Shown here piece after piece: positions 12,684 through 27,406 of a stretch of DNA of 64,000 nucleotides (the stretch's first letter is position 1; each line of letters starts with the position of its first letter). The DNA is from Octopus vulgaris (taxonomy: Eukaryota): positions 744,001 through 808,000 of the forward strand of contig OX597834.1 of assembly GCA_951406725.2 (NCBI GenBank), in the 5' to 3' direction. The position numbers and the translations under genes were made by a program. Below the pieces are notes generated by a model. It was not told where the DNA came from and made no database searches. It worked only from the letters and a program-made list of their open reading frames with translations.

Positions 12684-13534
12684 TATATATACATATATAT
12701 ACAATTATTCATGCACACATACAAATATGCATGTACATATATAGACATACGCACGCATAGACATGCACACAAAGCGTATATTGATACAACATAAATTGTT
12801 TCGAAGCCAACGATTTTTCTGAACCAGGACCAGATTCAAGTATTTACATAAAAGATACTTATCGCACTGCATACCTGCAACTAACAGCTCCGTTCTTTTG
12901 TCAATGTTTTTGTGTCAAAGTATAAATAAAATGAATTTAACAGTAAGCTAAAAGACTAATCCGTACTTTTTGTACTGCTATAAATTGCCTAACTTTCCCT
13001 TATAAAAGAGTTATTTACACACGCGCGCGCGCGTATTTACGTATGTATAAAGACATATTTATGTATGTGTTCAAGTCTGTGTCTTTGTGTGATTATGTGT
13101 ATGTATACGTGCGTCTCTGGTATGTATGTTAAATGATTGACACAATTTACTTATGAAAGTACCCAATACCATTGCTAGAATTAAATTCACGATATAAAGG
13201 GAGTGACTGCGGTTTTCAAACTTCCCTTTTTCTGCCTAATTCAAATAATAACACTTTTTAATTATTTAATTACAACTATTTCCATTAATTGTTTTCTTTT
13301 ATTCCTTCGTTTATATTTCCACTAAATATTGTATATTGTGGCTCTTTTTATCAATACCTCACACTAAAGTCGATCCTTCGTCTCTTATAACGATGATTAT
13401 TCAATTATTTGCGGGGCTGATGTCCTAATTACCTGTCAATGACTGTGTATTCCACAGAATTGTATATCCTATAGTGAGGGGCCACTGTGACAGCGCTGGA
13501 CTTACAAATGTAGATGCAACACAGATAGATAGAT

Positions 13535-13536
13535 AC

Positions 13537-13600
<64 letters not shown>

Positions 13601-13628
13601 TGAGAGACAGACAGACAGACAGACAGAC

Positions 13629-13695
<67 letters not shown>

Positions 13696-13737
13696 CAGAC
13701 AGTCAGGCAGATAGATAGATAGATAGATAGATAGATG

Positions 13738-13795
<58 letters not shown>
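13535..13795. repeat. Compound microsatellite (TA)n-(GA)n-(GACA)n-(GATA)n
   Basis: Seen directly. Confidence 0.95.
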
Positions 13796-13796
<1 letters not shown>

Positions 13797-14073
13797 GTTT
13801 TCATAATGGAGATACTACTCATATAGTGAAGTAATGAAGAAGAAAGGTGTTCCGCTTCTGCCATTAAACAAAATCAAATTCTAAATGGCACCGAAATATC
13901 GATTCTGGTATTTGTGATGATCAGGTAAAAAAAAAAAAGAGAGACTCATATAACATTTCAAAGCCATGAAAATTGGTGATATTACATAATAGAAATCAGT
14001 CTTATATTTCACCAATCTTTCTTTTTTCTTTGATTTCATTGACTGAAATAGATGTAGCAACAACAACAACAAA

Positions 14074-14108
<35 letters not shown>

Positions 14109-14324
14109 AGAAGAAGAAGAAGAAGAAGAAAGTGGTGGTGGAGGAGGAGGAAGGAACAGTAGAAACACAACAAAAATATGAAATATATAAAGAAACACAA
14201 AACTAATATCAATTTAACAAATATTGATTATTTCCCATCCTCAACCTTGACATCGATTTCGGAGAATATTCCAGTGTCACTGTAACGCAATAATAATCAT
14301 AATGATAACAACAACAACAACAGC

Positions 14325-14407
<83 letters not shown>

Positions 14408-14825
14408 TAATAATAATAACAATGATAATAAAGAGACTGAATAGACTTTAGCTAGCATTGAAGTCACAAATCTTTACTAAACGCCGAAGACATGAAGTTG
14501 TAAGAAGAAGAAGAAAAAAAAACGCCAGCTTTTTACATTATCTGATTACAATTCATATGACGTGTCGAATGGATATTAGCTAATTATTTCACGATTAGAC
14601 ATAAAAGGTGTTTTCTGCACCGTTAATTGACTTGGTCCTAAGCTAATTAGTTCCCATTATTATTATTATTGTTGTTGTTGTTGTTGTTGTTCTTGTTGTT
14701 GCTGCTGATGCTGCAGTTCGTACAAAGCATTGATAAAAAAATTATGAAGTAACAGTTGGTGCAAGCATCAGTATCGACCGAATATTTAGGTTCAGTTAGT
14801 GTTTGAAACATAAATCATGGAAGAA

Positions 14826-14827
<2 letters not shown>

Positions 14828-14907
<80 letters not shown>

Positions 14908-14972
14908 GTAATAATAATAATAATAATAATAATATAATAAGAAAGTAATAATAATAATAATAATAATAATAA

Positions 14973-15043
<71 letters not shown>

Positions 15044-15178
15044 AAGAAGAAGAAGAAGAAGAAGAAGAATAGTAATAATAATAATAATTATAATAATAAT
15101 AATAATAATAATTATAATAATAACAATAATATTAATAATAATAATAGTAATAATAATAAGAAGAAGAAGAAGAAGAAG
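14828..15178. repeat. (AAT)n/(AAG)n microsatellite
   Basis: Seen directly. It forms the 5' flank of the Dong-like insertion. Confidence 0.95.
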
Positions 15179-15999
15179 AAAAGAAATAGACAAAGAAAAA
15201 TCCCAGCAATGGTTGAGAAGCTCAGGACTCAAAGCAGAAACAGAGGGATTTTTAATTGCAGCACAAGACCAAAGCCTGCCCACCAGAAATTACCAAAAAC
15301 ATGTAATGAAAAGAAATATTACAAGTAACTGCAGAATATGTGGAGATGGACAAGAAACAATAAATCATATTATCTCTAGCTGCCCAGTCCTGGCTAAGAA
15401 GGAATATATTCACAGACATGACAGAGTTGGAACCTACATACATTGGAAGCTATGCCAACATTATGGAATAACAACAGAAAAAAGATGGTATAGGCACACA
15501 CCAGAAAAGGTCACAGAAAACGAGAAAGCAACCATACTCTGGGATATGCCGATACACACAGATAGAGAAATTAAGGCCAACAGACCAGATATAGTTGTCA
15601 GAGACCATGAAGAAAAAAAATGCTTTCTAATTGATGTATCAGTACCGGCAGATGACAACGTGTCTCTAAAAGAAATGGAGAAACTCTCAAAATACAAAGA
15701 CCTGGAAATAGAGGTAACTAGAATGTGGAATCTGAAAACAGAAACAATTCCTATCATAGTAGGTGCATTAGGCATGATAAAAAAATATTCAGACAAATAC
15801 ATAACAAAAACACCAGGACTTACAAACACATATAACATACAGAAAATTGCACTACTAGGCACTGCACACATCCTACGCAGAACACTTTCCATACAATAAC
15901 CATCAGAGCATCACAACAAATCACAGCACATACCCAAGGCACACAGAGCTGCGCTCGGTAGTGAAGTGAAAGCACGCTATAAAAATAAAAATAAAACTA

Positions 16000-16002
<3 letters not shown>
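15179..16002 (+). mobile_element. 5'-truncated R4/Dong-like non-LTR retrotransposon (zinc knuckle + restriction-like endonuclease + 3' UTR)
   Basis: ORF 15213-15899 has CRICG..ETINHIISSC (CCHC), RHD, and RPDIVV..LIDVSVP..EKLSKY (PD-D/ExK RLE). Inserted in (TAA)n, the known Dong target. Near-identical to 35770-36636. Confidence 0.92.
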
Positions 16003-16033
<31 letters not shown>

Positions 16034-16048
16034 GTAATAATAATAATA

Positions 16049-16111
<63 letters not shown>

Positions 16112-16138
16112 GTAATAATAATAATAATAATAGTAATA

Positions 16139-16174
<36 letters not shown>

Positions 16175-16249
16175 GTAGTAGTAATAATAATAATAGTAAT
16201 AATAATAATAAGAAGAAGAAGAAGAAGAAGAATAGTAATAATTATAATA

Positions 16250-16309
<60 letters not shown>

Positions 16310-16315
16310 GTAATT

Positions 16316-16346
<31 letters not shown>

Positions 16347-16351
16347 TCGTA

Positions 16352-16423
<72 letters not shown>

Positions 16424-16470
16424 GTAATAATAATAATAATAATAATAGTACATGCACTGCTCTCTCACTC

Positions 16471-16537
<67 letters not shown>

Positions 16538-16566
16538 GTAGTAATAATAATAATAATAATAATAAC
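16003..16566. repeat. (AAT)n microsatellite
   Basis: Seen directly. Confidence 0.95.
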
Positions 16567-16815
16567 AATGTGATGAAAAATGGAGCAGACCCAAAATGCC
16601 GATTCTGCAACGACATGATTGAAACAGTGTACCAACTTATCTCTGGATGTAAAGTCTTAGCACCAGTGGAGTATAAATTAAGACATGACAGTGTTGACCA
16701 ATATCTACACTGGCTAGTAAGTCGGCATTACAATATCAAAACTGCCGACAAGTGGTATAATCACCACCCTAAGGCTGTAACTGAAGGAGAAAATGTAACC
16801 ATTCTCGCTACATTA
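16567..16815 (+). mobile_element. Fragment of a second, diverged R4/Dong-like family
   Basis: KCRFCNDMIETVYQLISGCKVLAPVEYKLRHDSV..LHW..KWYNHHPKAVTEGENVTIL aligns by eye to the CCHC/RHD region of ORF 15213-15899. Confidence 0.85.
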
Positions 16816-18413
16816 TAATAATAAAAATATAAAAACGAAAAGGATAAGCGTTAAAAAAGGGCCAAGATGTGTGTGCATTCATTGTTCCAGTTATTTTAAT
16901 TGTTGTTGCTCCTTTTCTTGTGTTAGCTGCTGTTGCACTTTATGGCATTGTTGTTGTTGTTATGCAATTGCTTCTGTTTTGGCACCGTTTTTTTACGCTG
17001 TTCTTAGATAATGGAACGTTTGACATTTCCACAGGAAAACCTTACACAATGGTCAATAATCTGAAGAATAAATTCCAGCAAAGTCTTCATCGCATTTTCA
17101 TGCCGTGCCTTTTCTTCTCTCTTTTCCCTTCTTTACTTATTTTCTTCTTCCTCACCCTCTTTATCTTATTCCTCTTCAATTTTTTCCTCCTACTCCTCCT
17201 CTTCCTTCTTCCAGTTCGTCGAGTCAGAGACTAAGAAAGAATCAACTATCGATTAGGTGCGACTGTCGTTAAACCATTTGCAAGATTGACTTATTGATCC
17301 CTGCAAGTTCCTTAATATATCGATAACGTAAAAGTGATCGGGCTGAGCTGATCATATGATATAGCAGTGCATATTTGCCATGCATGTTACTTAATCGGAA
17401 TTTCGACATTTTTTTTGGGGGGGGGGGCGGATTATGAAAAACGTTCAGGTTCCCTCGAACCATTGTAGAATAGAAGTAGAATAAGAAATGAAATTTGGAA
17501 AACTTCTAATGATGCAGAAAGTTTTTTGTTTGTTTTGTATTTAATTATCTATATTTCGGGTGCAAAGGTCTATCTTCATAAGGATACGGTGAAAGAAATG
17601 TGTGTTTACACAGGTCCTGTCATTTTGGATAGCCGGATGGACAGATCTACTCGACACTCATTTTCTTATATCGTTGGATATCGATGGACTTTCTGAGCCC
17701 GAAATTTAACAGGTTTTACAAATTGATAGAAGATTTCTCATTTCATTTATTATTTCTACTTTAGCAATTACAATTGTAACAACGTAACTGACCAGATAAC
17801 CAGTGAATTGGCCAAGCGAAGCAAAACAAATATAAAGAAATATAAACGTCATTGACCAGCAGAAGAAATATCGCAAAGACCCTCTACAAACAGTGACCGA
17901 AATAATGAAACCTAAATAAGGGAAGATTTGGAGCAATGAAATGTGACAACAAATATAAACAATATTTTAATAAAATATTTATTTGGAAATCGTCCAATGG
18001 AAACGATTTCTAAACGTAAAAGAATGAATCCGCTCCATCAGATTGAAATAGCAAAATAAAATAGCAGAAAGACAAGGCTGATGTGGAATTGGCGTATGCG
18101 AGTGTGTGCGTGCATGCGTTAGTGTGTCGGCGTGTGTGTGAGTGAATGTGTCAGTGCGCATGTTTATTTGTGTGTGCGAGGGAGAGAGTGGTGGGGGCGA
18201 AGTAACTTTTGTTAAAACTTATTTTCGCATGAGACCCTGCTCAGGTTCCTGTCGTTGCGGTCTTCGGGTCACAAGCGCGCGCGCCTAGCGACACGTATAC
18301 ACACATACGCACTCACACACATGCGAACACAGACATCTTCGTACATAAAATACAGCACTGATATATATATATATATATATATACACATTAATACATATGC
18401 GCATATGCACATA

Positions 18414-18451
<38 letters not shown>

Positions 18452-18592
18452 GGGGGGAGTGAATGTATATATATGTATATATAAATATATGTAAGGGTGT
18501 ATGTATATGCGTATGTATATTAATGTGTATTTCTGTGTATTTATGAATGTATGTCTGTGTATATGTGAGTCTGCTTAGGTATGAGTTTATAC

Positions 18593-18673
<81 letters not shown>

Positions 18674-18895
18674 TATGACTGTCGCGGTGCCAGCTTCCTT
18701 GTAACGCTAGAGCCGTGTAATATGAAGAGGCTTCGGTGCTATTGAAAGAAACGCTACAAAATCTAGAATCGAAACATGATCAGAGAAATTGTAGATTCAG
18801 GTACATACAGTAGATTGCAAGAGTGCCTGCAATTATACATCATATATATATGTGGTGGGGAGGTGCGTGTGTGTGTGTTTCTGCGTGTGTACATG

Positions 18896-18929
<34 letters not shown>

Positions 18930-19004
18930 CGCACGCGCGCACACACACATATATTTATAGATATGTATCTACGTGTCAATATATCTATCCATCTAGATAT
19001 ATAG

Positions 19005-19073
<69 letters not shown>

Positions 19074-19326
19074 TAGGTATGCCTTTGTAATTGGCATTCT
19101 ATCCAAGAAGAACTTGTTAGATTTCACTGAAATAGAAGATACCACAAGAATATTTCGTTATTAATTGTGGCTTTGCTTTGTAAAACTACACAAACTGAAC
19201 AGGATAGTGTTTCCTCCTCGCATATATGTGCAAGTAAGTGTGTGTGTGTATGCGTTTGTGTGTGTGTATGCGTTTGTGTGTGTGTGTATGCGTTTGTGTG
19301 TGCGTGTATCCACACATAACATCGAC

Positions 19327-19398
<72 letters not shown>

Positions 19399-19705
19399 GA
19401 TAGAAGGTAGGTAGGTAGGTTGGTAGGTAGATATGTTTCTTTATTGGCCACGCAGTGCTGAACACAGAAGTGACAAAATACAAAGTAGAGCTTTTCTTTT
19501 TGGGAAGAAGAAGAGAAGAAAAAAGAAACAGAAAGAAAGAAAAAAGTGGGTCGAATGCCGATCAAAAGGGATCGTGTAAGAAAAAGAAAGTGGGGGCCGA
19601 TCAATAGGATTTGTGTATCACAGAAATGTCAATGTAAAAAGGGAAAACAGATTAGGTTTATCCGTGGAAAGAAAAGCCTACAGAAAAGACCACGGGAACC
19701 TTGGG
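19327..19705 (-). mobile_element. Second copy of the Tx1/L1-type 3' end with (TATC)n tail
   Basis: Homologous to 2557-3110. Confidence 0.5.
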
Positions 19706-20518
19706 TAATAGTGTCATGTAAAAAAAAACAACACATTACAGTAAGTGGCTCTCTTTTTCCCTTCGTTTTTTTTTTCTTTTTTTGCTTCATAGGAATATGC
19801 TCAAGCTAGCTTTTTTCTTTGAATATCTGACAAGGTGGAGGATTACCTGTTGCAAAGCCTGAGCAACATTCAAGTTCTGCTTGTTCCACCCAATGCTGTA
19901 CCATTCTTAGTAAAATGTGCAGATCTGTATAGACTTCTGCACAGTTCCCTCAATAGAATCAATTCGACGCAGAGAAAAATTTTGGAAACCCATCTACGGG
20001 AGGAAATGTCTTGCAGACACGGTTGAAGAGGAGAATCGACAGACAAAATGTATTTAATTCTAAATTAAAAAGAAATTTAAAAGATAAAAAGTTTGCATTT
20101 TTGTACAAGTTTATATCGTTGTTTATATTTCCATGTTTTCCATTTGTGTGACATGTTTCTATTTTGATAAACAACAAAGCAGTCGTCGCTCTGATAAGCA
20201 GTGTCCTTAATGCTAAATACCTTTACCATCAGACACGTCAGAGCAAACAAACACACCAGGTAACAAACACAAATTTTCACACAAAAGAACCTGCCGAAGA
20301 TAGCAGCCCCAATCCTCTCACTCTTAAAAGAGTCTGTATTAAACAATAACGTTTCTGGTATATAAACGATGGAATTGTCATAAATGGAGGGTCCAGTCAT
20401 TGTAGTTTTTCGAATATGACTGATCTGGGATGACAACAGCAAAGTTTAGTTCAATTGACACACACACACACACGTATACCTGTACGTGTGTGTGCGTGCA
20501 TATATATGTACGTATGTA

Positions 20519-20631
<113 letters not shown>

Positions 20632-20639
20632 ATATATAT

Positions 20640-20848
20640 ACAACAGATGCAGCACGAAGTTTTGTCAGTGGACAGGTCGCGGTTTCAAAGCGACGAAAAT
20701 ATTTTGACAAATTAAATTTAAATGTTGAAGTGAATCTAACGGTTTCGTGTGTTTCTTAAATGGCTTACAAACACCTTCCACGCTGCAATTGTTTTCGTTC
20801 CAGCACACGATCTCAGATCAAGTCACTCGCTATGCAAGTACATCTCCG
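20640..20848 (+). mobile_element. PLE pseudo-LTR-like insert with hammerhead (family of 12395-12683)
   Basis: High similarity to 12535-12683 and to the reverse complement of 12395-12516. Follows a (TA)n run. Confidence 0.75.
20661..20711 (+). ncRNA. Minimal hammerhead motif, G3-C8 variant (A6G in this copy)
   Basis: tttgtca GTGGACA g gtcgc ggtttcaaa gcgac GAAA atat TT tgacaaa. Perfect 5-bp stem II and 7-bp stem I. Confidence 0.68.
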
Positions 20849-20865
20849 TAATATACATATATATT

Positions 20866-21180
20866 AAAGGAGCACTCTGATGAGTACAATGTCGAGGTCC
20901 CTAGCTGATATGATCAACGGAACAGCTTGCACGTGAAATGAACGTGGAAGTGGCTGAGCACTCCATAGACACGTGTACCCGTAACGTAGTTCTCGGGAAG
21001 ATTCAGCGTGACACAGAGTGTGACAAAGCCGGATATTTGAAATACAGGTATTACTCATTTTTGCCAGCTGAGGGACGGGAAATAAAGCTGCTTGCTCAAG
21101 GTCACAATACTTCGCCAGAAATTGAACTCACGACCTTCAATCGTGAGCCGAATGCATCTAACCACTAACCCACGCGCCTT

Positions 21181-21181
<1 letters not shown>
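20866..21181 (-). mobile_element. tRNA-derived SINE, family C
   Basis: Minus strand starts gaaggcgcgtgggttagtggttagatgcattcggctcacgattgaaggtcgtgagttcaatt (A and B boxes), then CORE-like gtgaccttgagcaag. Related heads at 26410-26600 and 32007-32175. Confidence 0.8.
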
Positions 21182-21225
<44 letters not shown>

Positions 21226-21228
21226 ATG

Positions 21229-21340
<112 letters not shown>

Positions 21341-21711
21341 CATATATATACATACATAATATATATATATATATATTATACACACACACAGTGTGTATAA
21401 TATATATATATATATATGATATACACACACACACATATATATATTATATATATATATATACAGATATATGCATATACACATGCATGTATAAATATACATA
21501 CATAGATACATATATCCATATATATATATGTGTATACATAAACATATGTGTGTGTATATAAGAATGTATGTGAAGTAAGATTTGAGGTGAACATTAAAAA
21601 TACATTTCCATGTAATACACTGCATTAAAATATTTCCCTCTGGAAACAAAAATTAATGTTATTAATTATATATAAAATAACTTCTTTATTTTTGAGCTGC
21701 TTTCTGTTTAT

Positions 21712-21743
<32 letters not shown>

Positions 21744-23306
21744 CACACATACACACACACACACATGTTGTAAGTGGATGTATATTTTAAGACGGTATAT
21801 TTCAGAGAAATATAATCAGATATAGATTGTTTAATTTGCAATCAATATTTAAGGAATAAACAAGTGATGAGCTAAAATAAGATGGAGAAGAATGGCAGAT
21901 TTGGAAGATTGGAATAAAACCTGTTTGTTCTGATGGGGGAAGGGCGGTACAGTGCCCACAACATTGTAGATTATTAAATGCGAGAGAGATCTGAATTACA
22001 CGCGACAGGGTTTTCATTTTTTTTTTTTTTTTTTGCTTAAAATATCGTGAAGGTATCATCTTTAGTAATAATGTTTTCTCTTGTCTAACCATCCGCTACA
22101 ATCAGACGCTAAGCTGTTCTGAAATAGAAAGGTTTCTTCTTAAAAAGCCCTCATACGATGGTCATGGCTGGAATAATTTTTAACGTAACCTGTCTCATGA
22201 AAGCTCACTTGCAGGGAAACAACAGAGGTAAGGAGGAAGTCCAGAAAACCGACGTTCTAGGCTACAATATTTAATGCCGGATTAGAGCCAAGAAGAGACA
22301 AACTTCGCGGGTTTTTAGTGCCGGATTAGGGCAAGGACATGATACACTTTCCAGATGTAACTAACGTGCCAGAGTCTTTTTCTTTCTATTTTTCGTTCTT
22401 CAGTCGCTGTGAATGTGAATGATTCCAGCTGAGAGTTCACAAGACATAAAACACGCCCCGCTTTTAAAGTGCTTTTGACTGGAAATGATTATGGGTTCAA
22501 AGAGTTTCCTTCTCAATTAACACGAAGATCTAAGGTCGATATTTCTACTTGGCATATTAGAAAACAGCTTCGAAAATAATGTCGAACGATGGGCGAAAAC
22601 CTACATCTGCTCACATTCAAACACACACACATTTATCTGTTTGTATATGTATGCATATGTGTGTGTGTATGGGGGGAGGGTATATGTGTATGTATGTATA
22701 GATATATACGTTTGTTTGTGTGTGTGTGTGTGTGTGTGCTTGTGTGCCTCTGCATGTAAATTCTCACTACTTTTTCAAGTTCTATAAACCCAAGTAATTT
22801 ATTGCATCTCGCTCGTCGGTCACAGTTGTCAGTAATAATCGAATGAGAAAATATTGATTTTCTGTCACTCTATTCCGATTAGTTTCACCATTACGACAGT
22901 GGACTGGCAGAATCGGTTGAGCATCGAGCGCAGTGGTAGCTCGAGAAACTTACTTAGAGCCATGGAGAGTCTGATTTCGAATCTTGCTGAGATCCACATT
23001 GCTTTTCAGACTTGTGAGGATCGTTAAAATACAGGAAACCATTAGGATCGATATATAGATGTCTAACGGAGTACAGAACTGCCTCTGGGCCTAACGACAG
23101 GACTGTGACGCGAGTAAGAGAAGCGTAGATATTTATGTGTGTATATACATTTGAGTTTATATACATATGCAAACATATACATATGTTTAAAAAATATAAA
23201 GATAGATATATATGTCTATTCGTATGTATGTATCTGTATATATATATACATATATATATACACGTAAAGAAATATGTTTGTGTGTGTGAGTGCATGTGTG
23301 TGTATG

Positions 23307-23340
<34 letters not shown>

Positions 23341-23689
23341 TGTATGTATGTATGTATGTATGTATGTATGTATGTATGTATGTATGTATGTGTGTATGTA
23401 TGTATGTATGTATACATGCAAATTTACATTTTTCTCAATTAAATTAGTTGGACGAACCATCCATGTCAATACAATTAGCAGTGCATGTAATAACGAACTC
23501 TAACCAATAAACTGTTATCCCGCCATCCTCTTCTTCCGCTATTCTTGGATAGCACCGATATAAAATACGAAATTAAAAATTCTAAAAAAACACCAATATT
23601 TTCAATAACCAAACAAAACCCTGCAATACCAAACCTGACTGATTATTACATTTCTGTAATTAACTTTATTGAACACAAACAAATGTAAA

Positions 23690-23733
23690 CAATAACAATA
23701 ATAATAATAATAATAATAATGATAATAATAATG

Positions 23734-23832
<99 letters not shown>
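23690..23832. repeat. (AAT)n microsatellite
   Basis: Seen directly. Confidence 0.95.
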
Positions 23833-24307
23833 TAAAGCAAATGCAATGTTGACGTATGTGGGTTTAAGGAATCTATTTTCGAAATGTTTAGTTTATAAAT
23901 ATGCTTTTAGTGGTTTATTGTTTGGTCCCCGGTGGGAGCATGACTGTAGGATTCGTCTGTGATTCCTACTGTCAATGAAAACGTTGGAAAGGTTCTCTCT
24001 ACTCTCCAATTCTACGCTTTTATTTTTCAGTGTAACTACTACTATAACATTCGTCTCTCTTTTTCTCTTCCCTTCTCTCTCTCTCTCTCTTTCTTTCTTC
24101 CTTTCTCACTTTGCGTATATATGTGTGTGTGTGTGTGTGTCTGTGTGTTTGTCTAAGTATCCTGTATGTCAGAGACAAAGTAGAAGGACGGTTGTACTGA
24201 TGACACCTACTGAGGTAGAAACGTGTGTCCATAACTACTTTCTTGTCTTCAGATTATCAGACTGTCTTTTCTGTAATGACATCAATTTTACAGAAATTGT
24301 GATTCGT

Positions 24308-24553
24308 AGGCGGCGAGCTAGCAGAGTCCCCTTGTGGGCAATAAAGAAATAAGAAACGTTAGCACGTGGGGGAGAAATGCTTAGCGAGATTTTGTCTGCC
24401 TTTACCTTCTGAGTTCAAATTCCGCCAAGGTCGACTTACCCTTTCATCCTTTCGGGGTCGATAAATTTAGAACCAGTTGCGTACTGGTGTCGATTTAATC
24501 GACTGGCCCCCCACCCCAAAAATTTCAGGCCTTGTGCCTGGAGTAGAAAAGAA
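24308..24553 (+). mobile_element. SINE family A with alternative tail and a short nested insertion in its head
   Basis: aggcggcgagctagcaga..aacgttagcacg..ttctgagttcaaattccgccaaggtcgac..ttcatcctttcggggtcgataaa; tail aatttcaggccttgtgcct. Confidence 0.85.
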
Positions 24554-24894
24554 ATTTTTGCTCTGTGAGATTATCTTTTGTTCTCATTTGGAGATTATCT
24601 CCTGTTGCCACGAGACGGTCGATGGGCGTTCGGAGGAAGCGGAGAAAATTCAATGAAATCATTCAACTTCTTTTATATTTCAGATAACTTTAATGGAAAT
24701 AAACACAGGCCACTCTCAGTTAGTAGTCTCATCTTTTTAATCGATTTCTACATAAACACATACACATCATACACCCTACAGTCACATCATATTATTTGTT
24801 CCTTTCTTATGGGCAGAATCGGCACACGAGCAGTAGGAAGCAAACAACTCGTCTTCTTAAACAAGTTTTTCAGTCATTTTCTCATGAACAACGC

Positions 24895-25040
24895 TGCAGT
24901 TTTCGTCCACCAAATTCAGTCACAAATCTGGCCTAGAGCTATAGTAGAAAATACTTGCCCAAGCTACCGGGCAGAGGGACTGAACGTGGAACTGTGTGGT
25001 TGGGAACGAAACGGCTCAACCACATAATCATTCTTGCACC
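24895..25040 (-). mobile_element. Degenerate SINE family B, 5' half
   Basis: ctatagtagaaaatacttgcccaag..gggactgaac matches 31540-31690. Confidence 0.65.
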
Positions 25041-25389
25041 TAATGTGTGTGTGTGTTTATTTGCTAAATCGAATATTGTGTCCCATAAAATAAATATCAG
25101 ATTGAAATACGTATTCAGGTCAGGATGATCGATTAAATTTTTGAAGGTGATGACCCATCATAGCGACAGACATGTTTAAAGACTTAATGGCTTCAAATTT
25201 AAAAGTAATGGATTACTAATAGCAAGATAATGAGTTCAGAACATCGCACTGAACTTCCACTCGATACGATAACGCTTACATGTACATCTCGGTCCACTTG
25301 AATTGCAACAATTAACAATTGTAATTTGAAGTTGAATGCTTAGCAGGAAGAAAGATGTCCCGATTTCTCAAAAAATTATTGAGGAAAAT

Positions 25390-25558
<169 letters not shown>

Positions 25559-26409
25559 GGTGTGCCTGTGGCAACTTAAGCTACTACAAATAGCAGCCAA
25601 ATACCTCATCAAAAGAAACACACAGATTTACAGTATTTCAGGAAAAAAAAACAGACACTAAGCGATGGATCTGCTACATCAGAGGCAACTCTGGGCTGAA
25701 CAAAACACAGACTTCACATAAAAAGATTATCTACCAAATAGTACTAATAAAGTAGACGGTATATCTTCGAAGTTTCATTCCCTGGTGAAACATTTTCTCA
25801 TTATGCTCTATGTAAGACATATTGTTCAGGCTGAGTTGCCTCCCTCAGCTAAACACCTCCAAATTGTATGACCCGACTTCGTTTTTGAGGTTATTTTTGG
25901 AGTGTAAAAGAGTTGTTGTACAAAAAGCATTCCTTATTTAGGAGCCGAAAAATTACTGAATTTCTCGATACCTCATACCTCAACATTGGTAACTCATTTT
26001 TCGAATCCATAAGGAACATATACACGCACACGCGCACACACACGCACACACACACAAACACACACACATATATATATACACACACACACACATACAAACT
26101 GTTTTATATATGAAGATATATATGCGTGTGTATGCGTGTTCCAGGTGATCTAATTTTCTGTAGTGTCCAACCGTGGATTGAAAAAAAAATCCCTGTAAAA
26201 AGTTGATTTGGTCGCTTGAAAGTGTAGGATTTATATCCAAAGGAAAGAATACTTAATTGAAAAGTGGTTTTTTTAATTCTTCCATCGTAACTTGGGGTTG
26301 GGTGGGCGTGCATGTACATACATCATGGACATTCCAGACTTTGGTCGACGCATGAGAGTTCGACAATATCTTACAGAACAACCACACACATGATTTGTTT
26401 ACAGTGACC

Positions 26410-26600
26410 AACTATTTGTGTAGATATAAGCGTCCTCCCTCCATCAAATTGACATTACCTGTAGAGGTGCAACGGGTGCCACCTGTCAGACGGTGAAATG
26501 AAGGGATTTGTTCAACAACACAATGCATCACACGCTCTGGAAATCGAACCCACGATCTTGCAATCATGAAACACCCTCGGCCACTGGGCCATGCGCCGTC
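26410..26600 (-). mobile_element. Degenerate tRNA-derived SINE (family C-like head)
   Basis: Minus strand gacggcgcatggcccagtggccgagggtg..gatcgtgggttcgatttcc shows A and B boxes. Confidence 0.65.
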
Positions 26601-26604
26601 ACAT

Positions 26605-26701
<97 letters not shown>

Positions 26702-26782
26702 GATATATACATATATATGCATGTATATATACACACGTACATATATATATACGTACATGTATGCGTACGGACATATAAATAC

Positions 26783-26815
<33 letters not shown>

Positions 26816-26853
26816 TACACACATATAGATACATATGTACACGTACATATCTT

Positions 26854-26890
<37 letters not shown>

Positions 26891-27373
26891 GTATGTATAT
26901 ATATTTATATTTATATGTATATATACAAAAGTATATATATATGTATGTATATATGTGTGTATATACATATGTATATGTGTGTATGTATATATGTATATAA
27001 TATATATATGGATACGTATATACATACATATATGTATGTGTATGTATATATATACATATATATGTATTTATATACATATATATATGTATTTATGTATATA
27101 CATACATATATATAAATATATGTATATATATGTATGTATATACATATATATATATATGTGTGTGTGTGTGCGCGTGCCTGCGTGTTTACCTATCCATTTA
27201 ATTCGATTTATACTTATGTCTGATAGCCACGAGAAATTCATAAACTTCCATCATTATTCATCGATCTTTAGTCATTGATCATATTCATTGAATTTTACTT
27301 CTCTTCGGGTTGACATGTACTCTTTAGAATTGTTATATATAAGTATTTCTACCGTGCACTCACACACATAACT

Positions 27374-27406
<33 letters not shown>

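Noticed and set aside
14792-16616. Poly-I/L/Y ORFs
   Set aside because: They are translations of (AAT)n and (AAG)n.
18714-18760. atgaaga..gaaacgcta hammerhead-like string
   Set aside because: Stem II does not close next to GAAA, and positions 3 and 8 are mismatched.
19835-20026. 63-aa ORF as a host exon
   Set aside because: No recognisable domain and no convincing splice-site pair.
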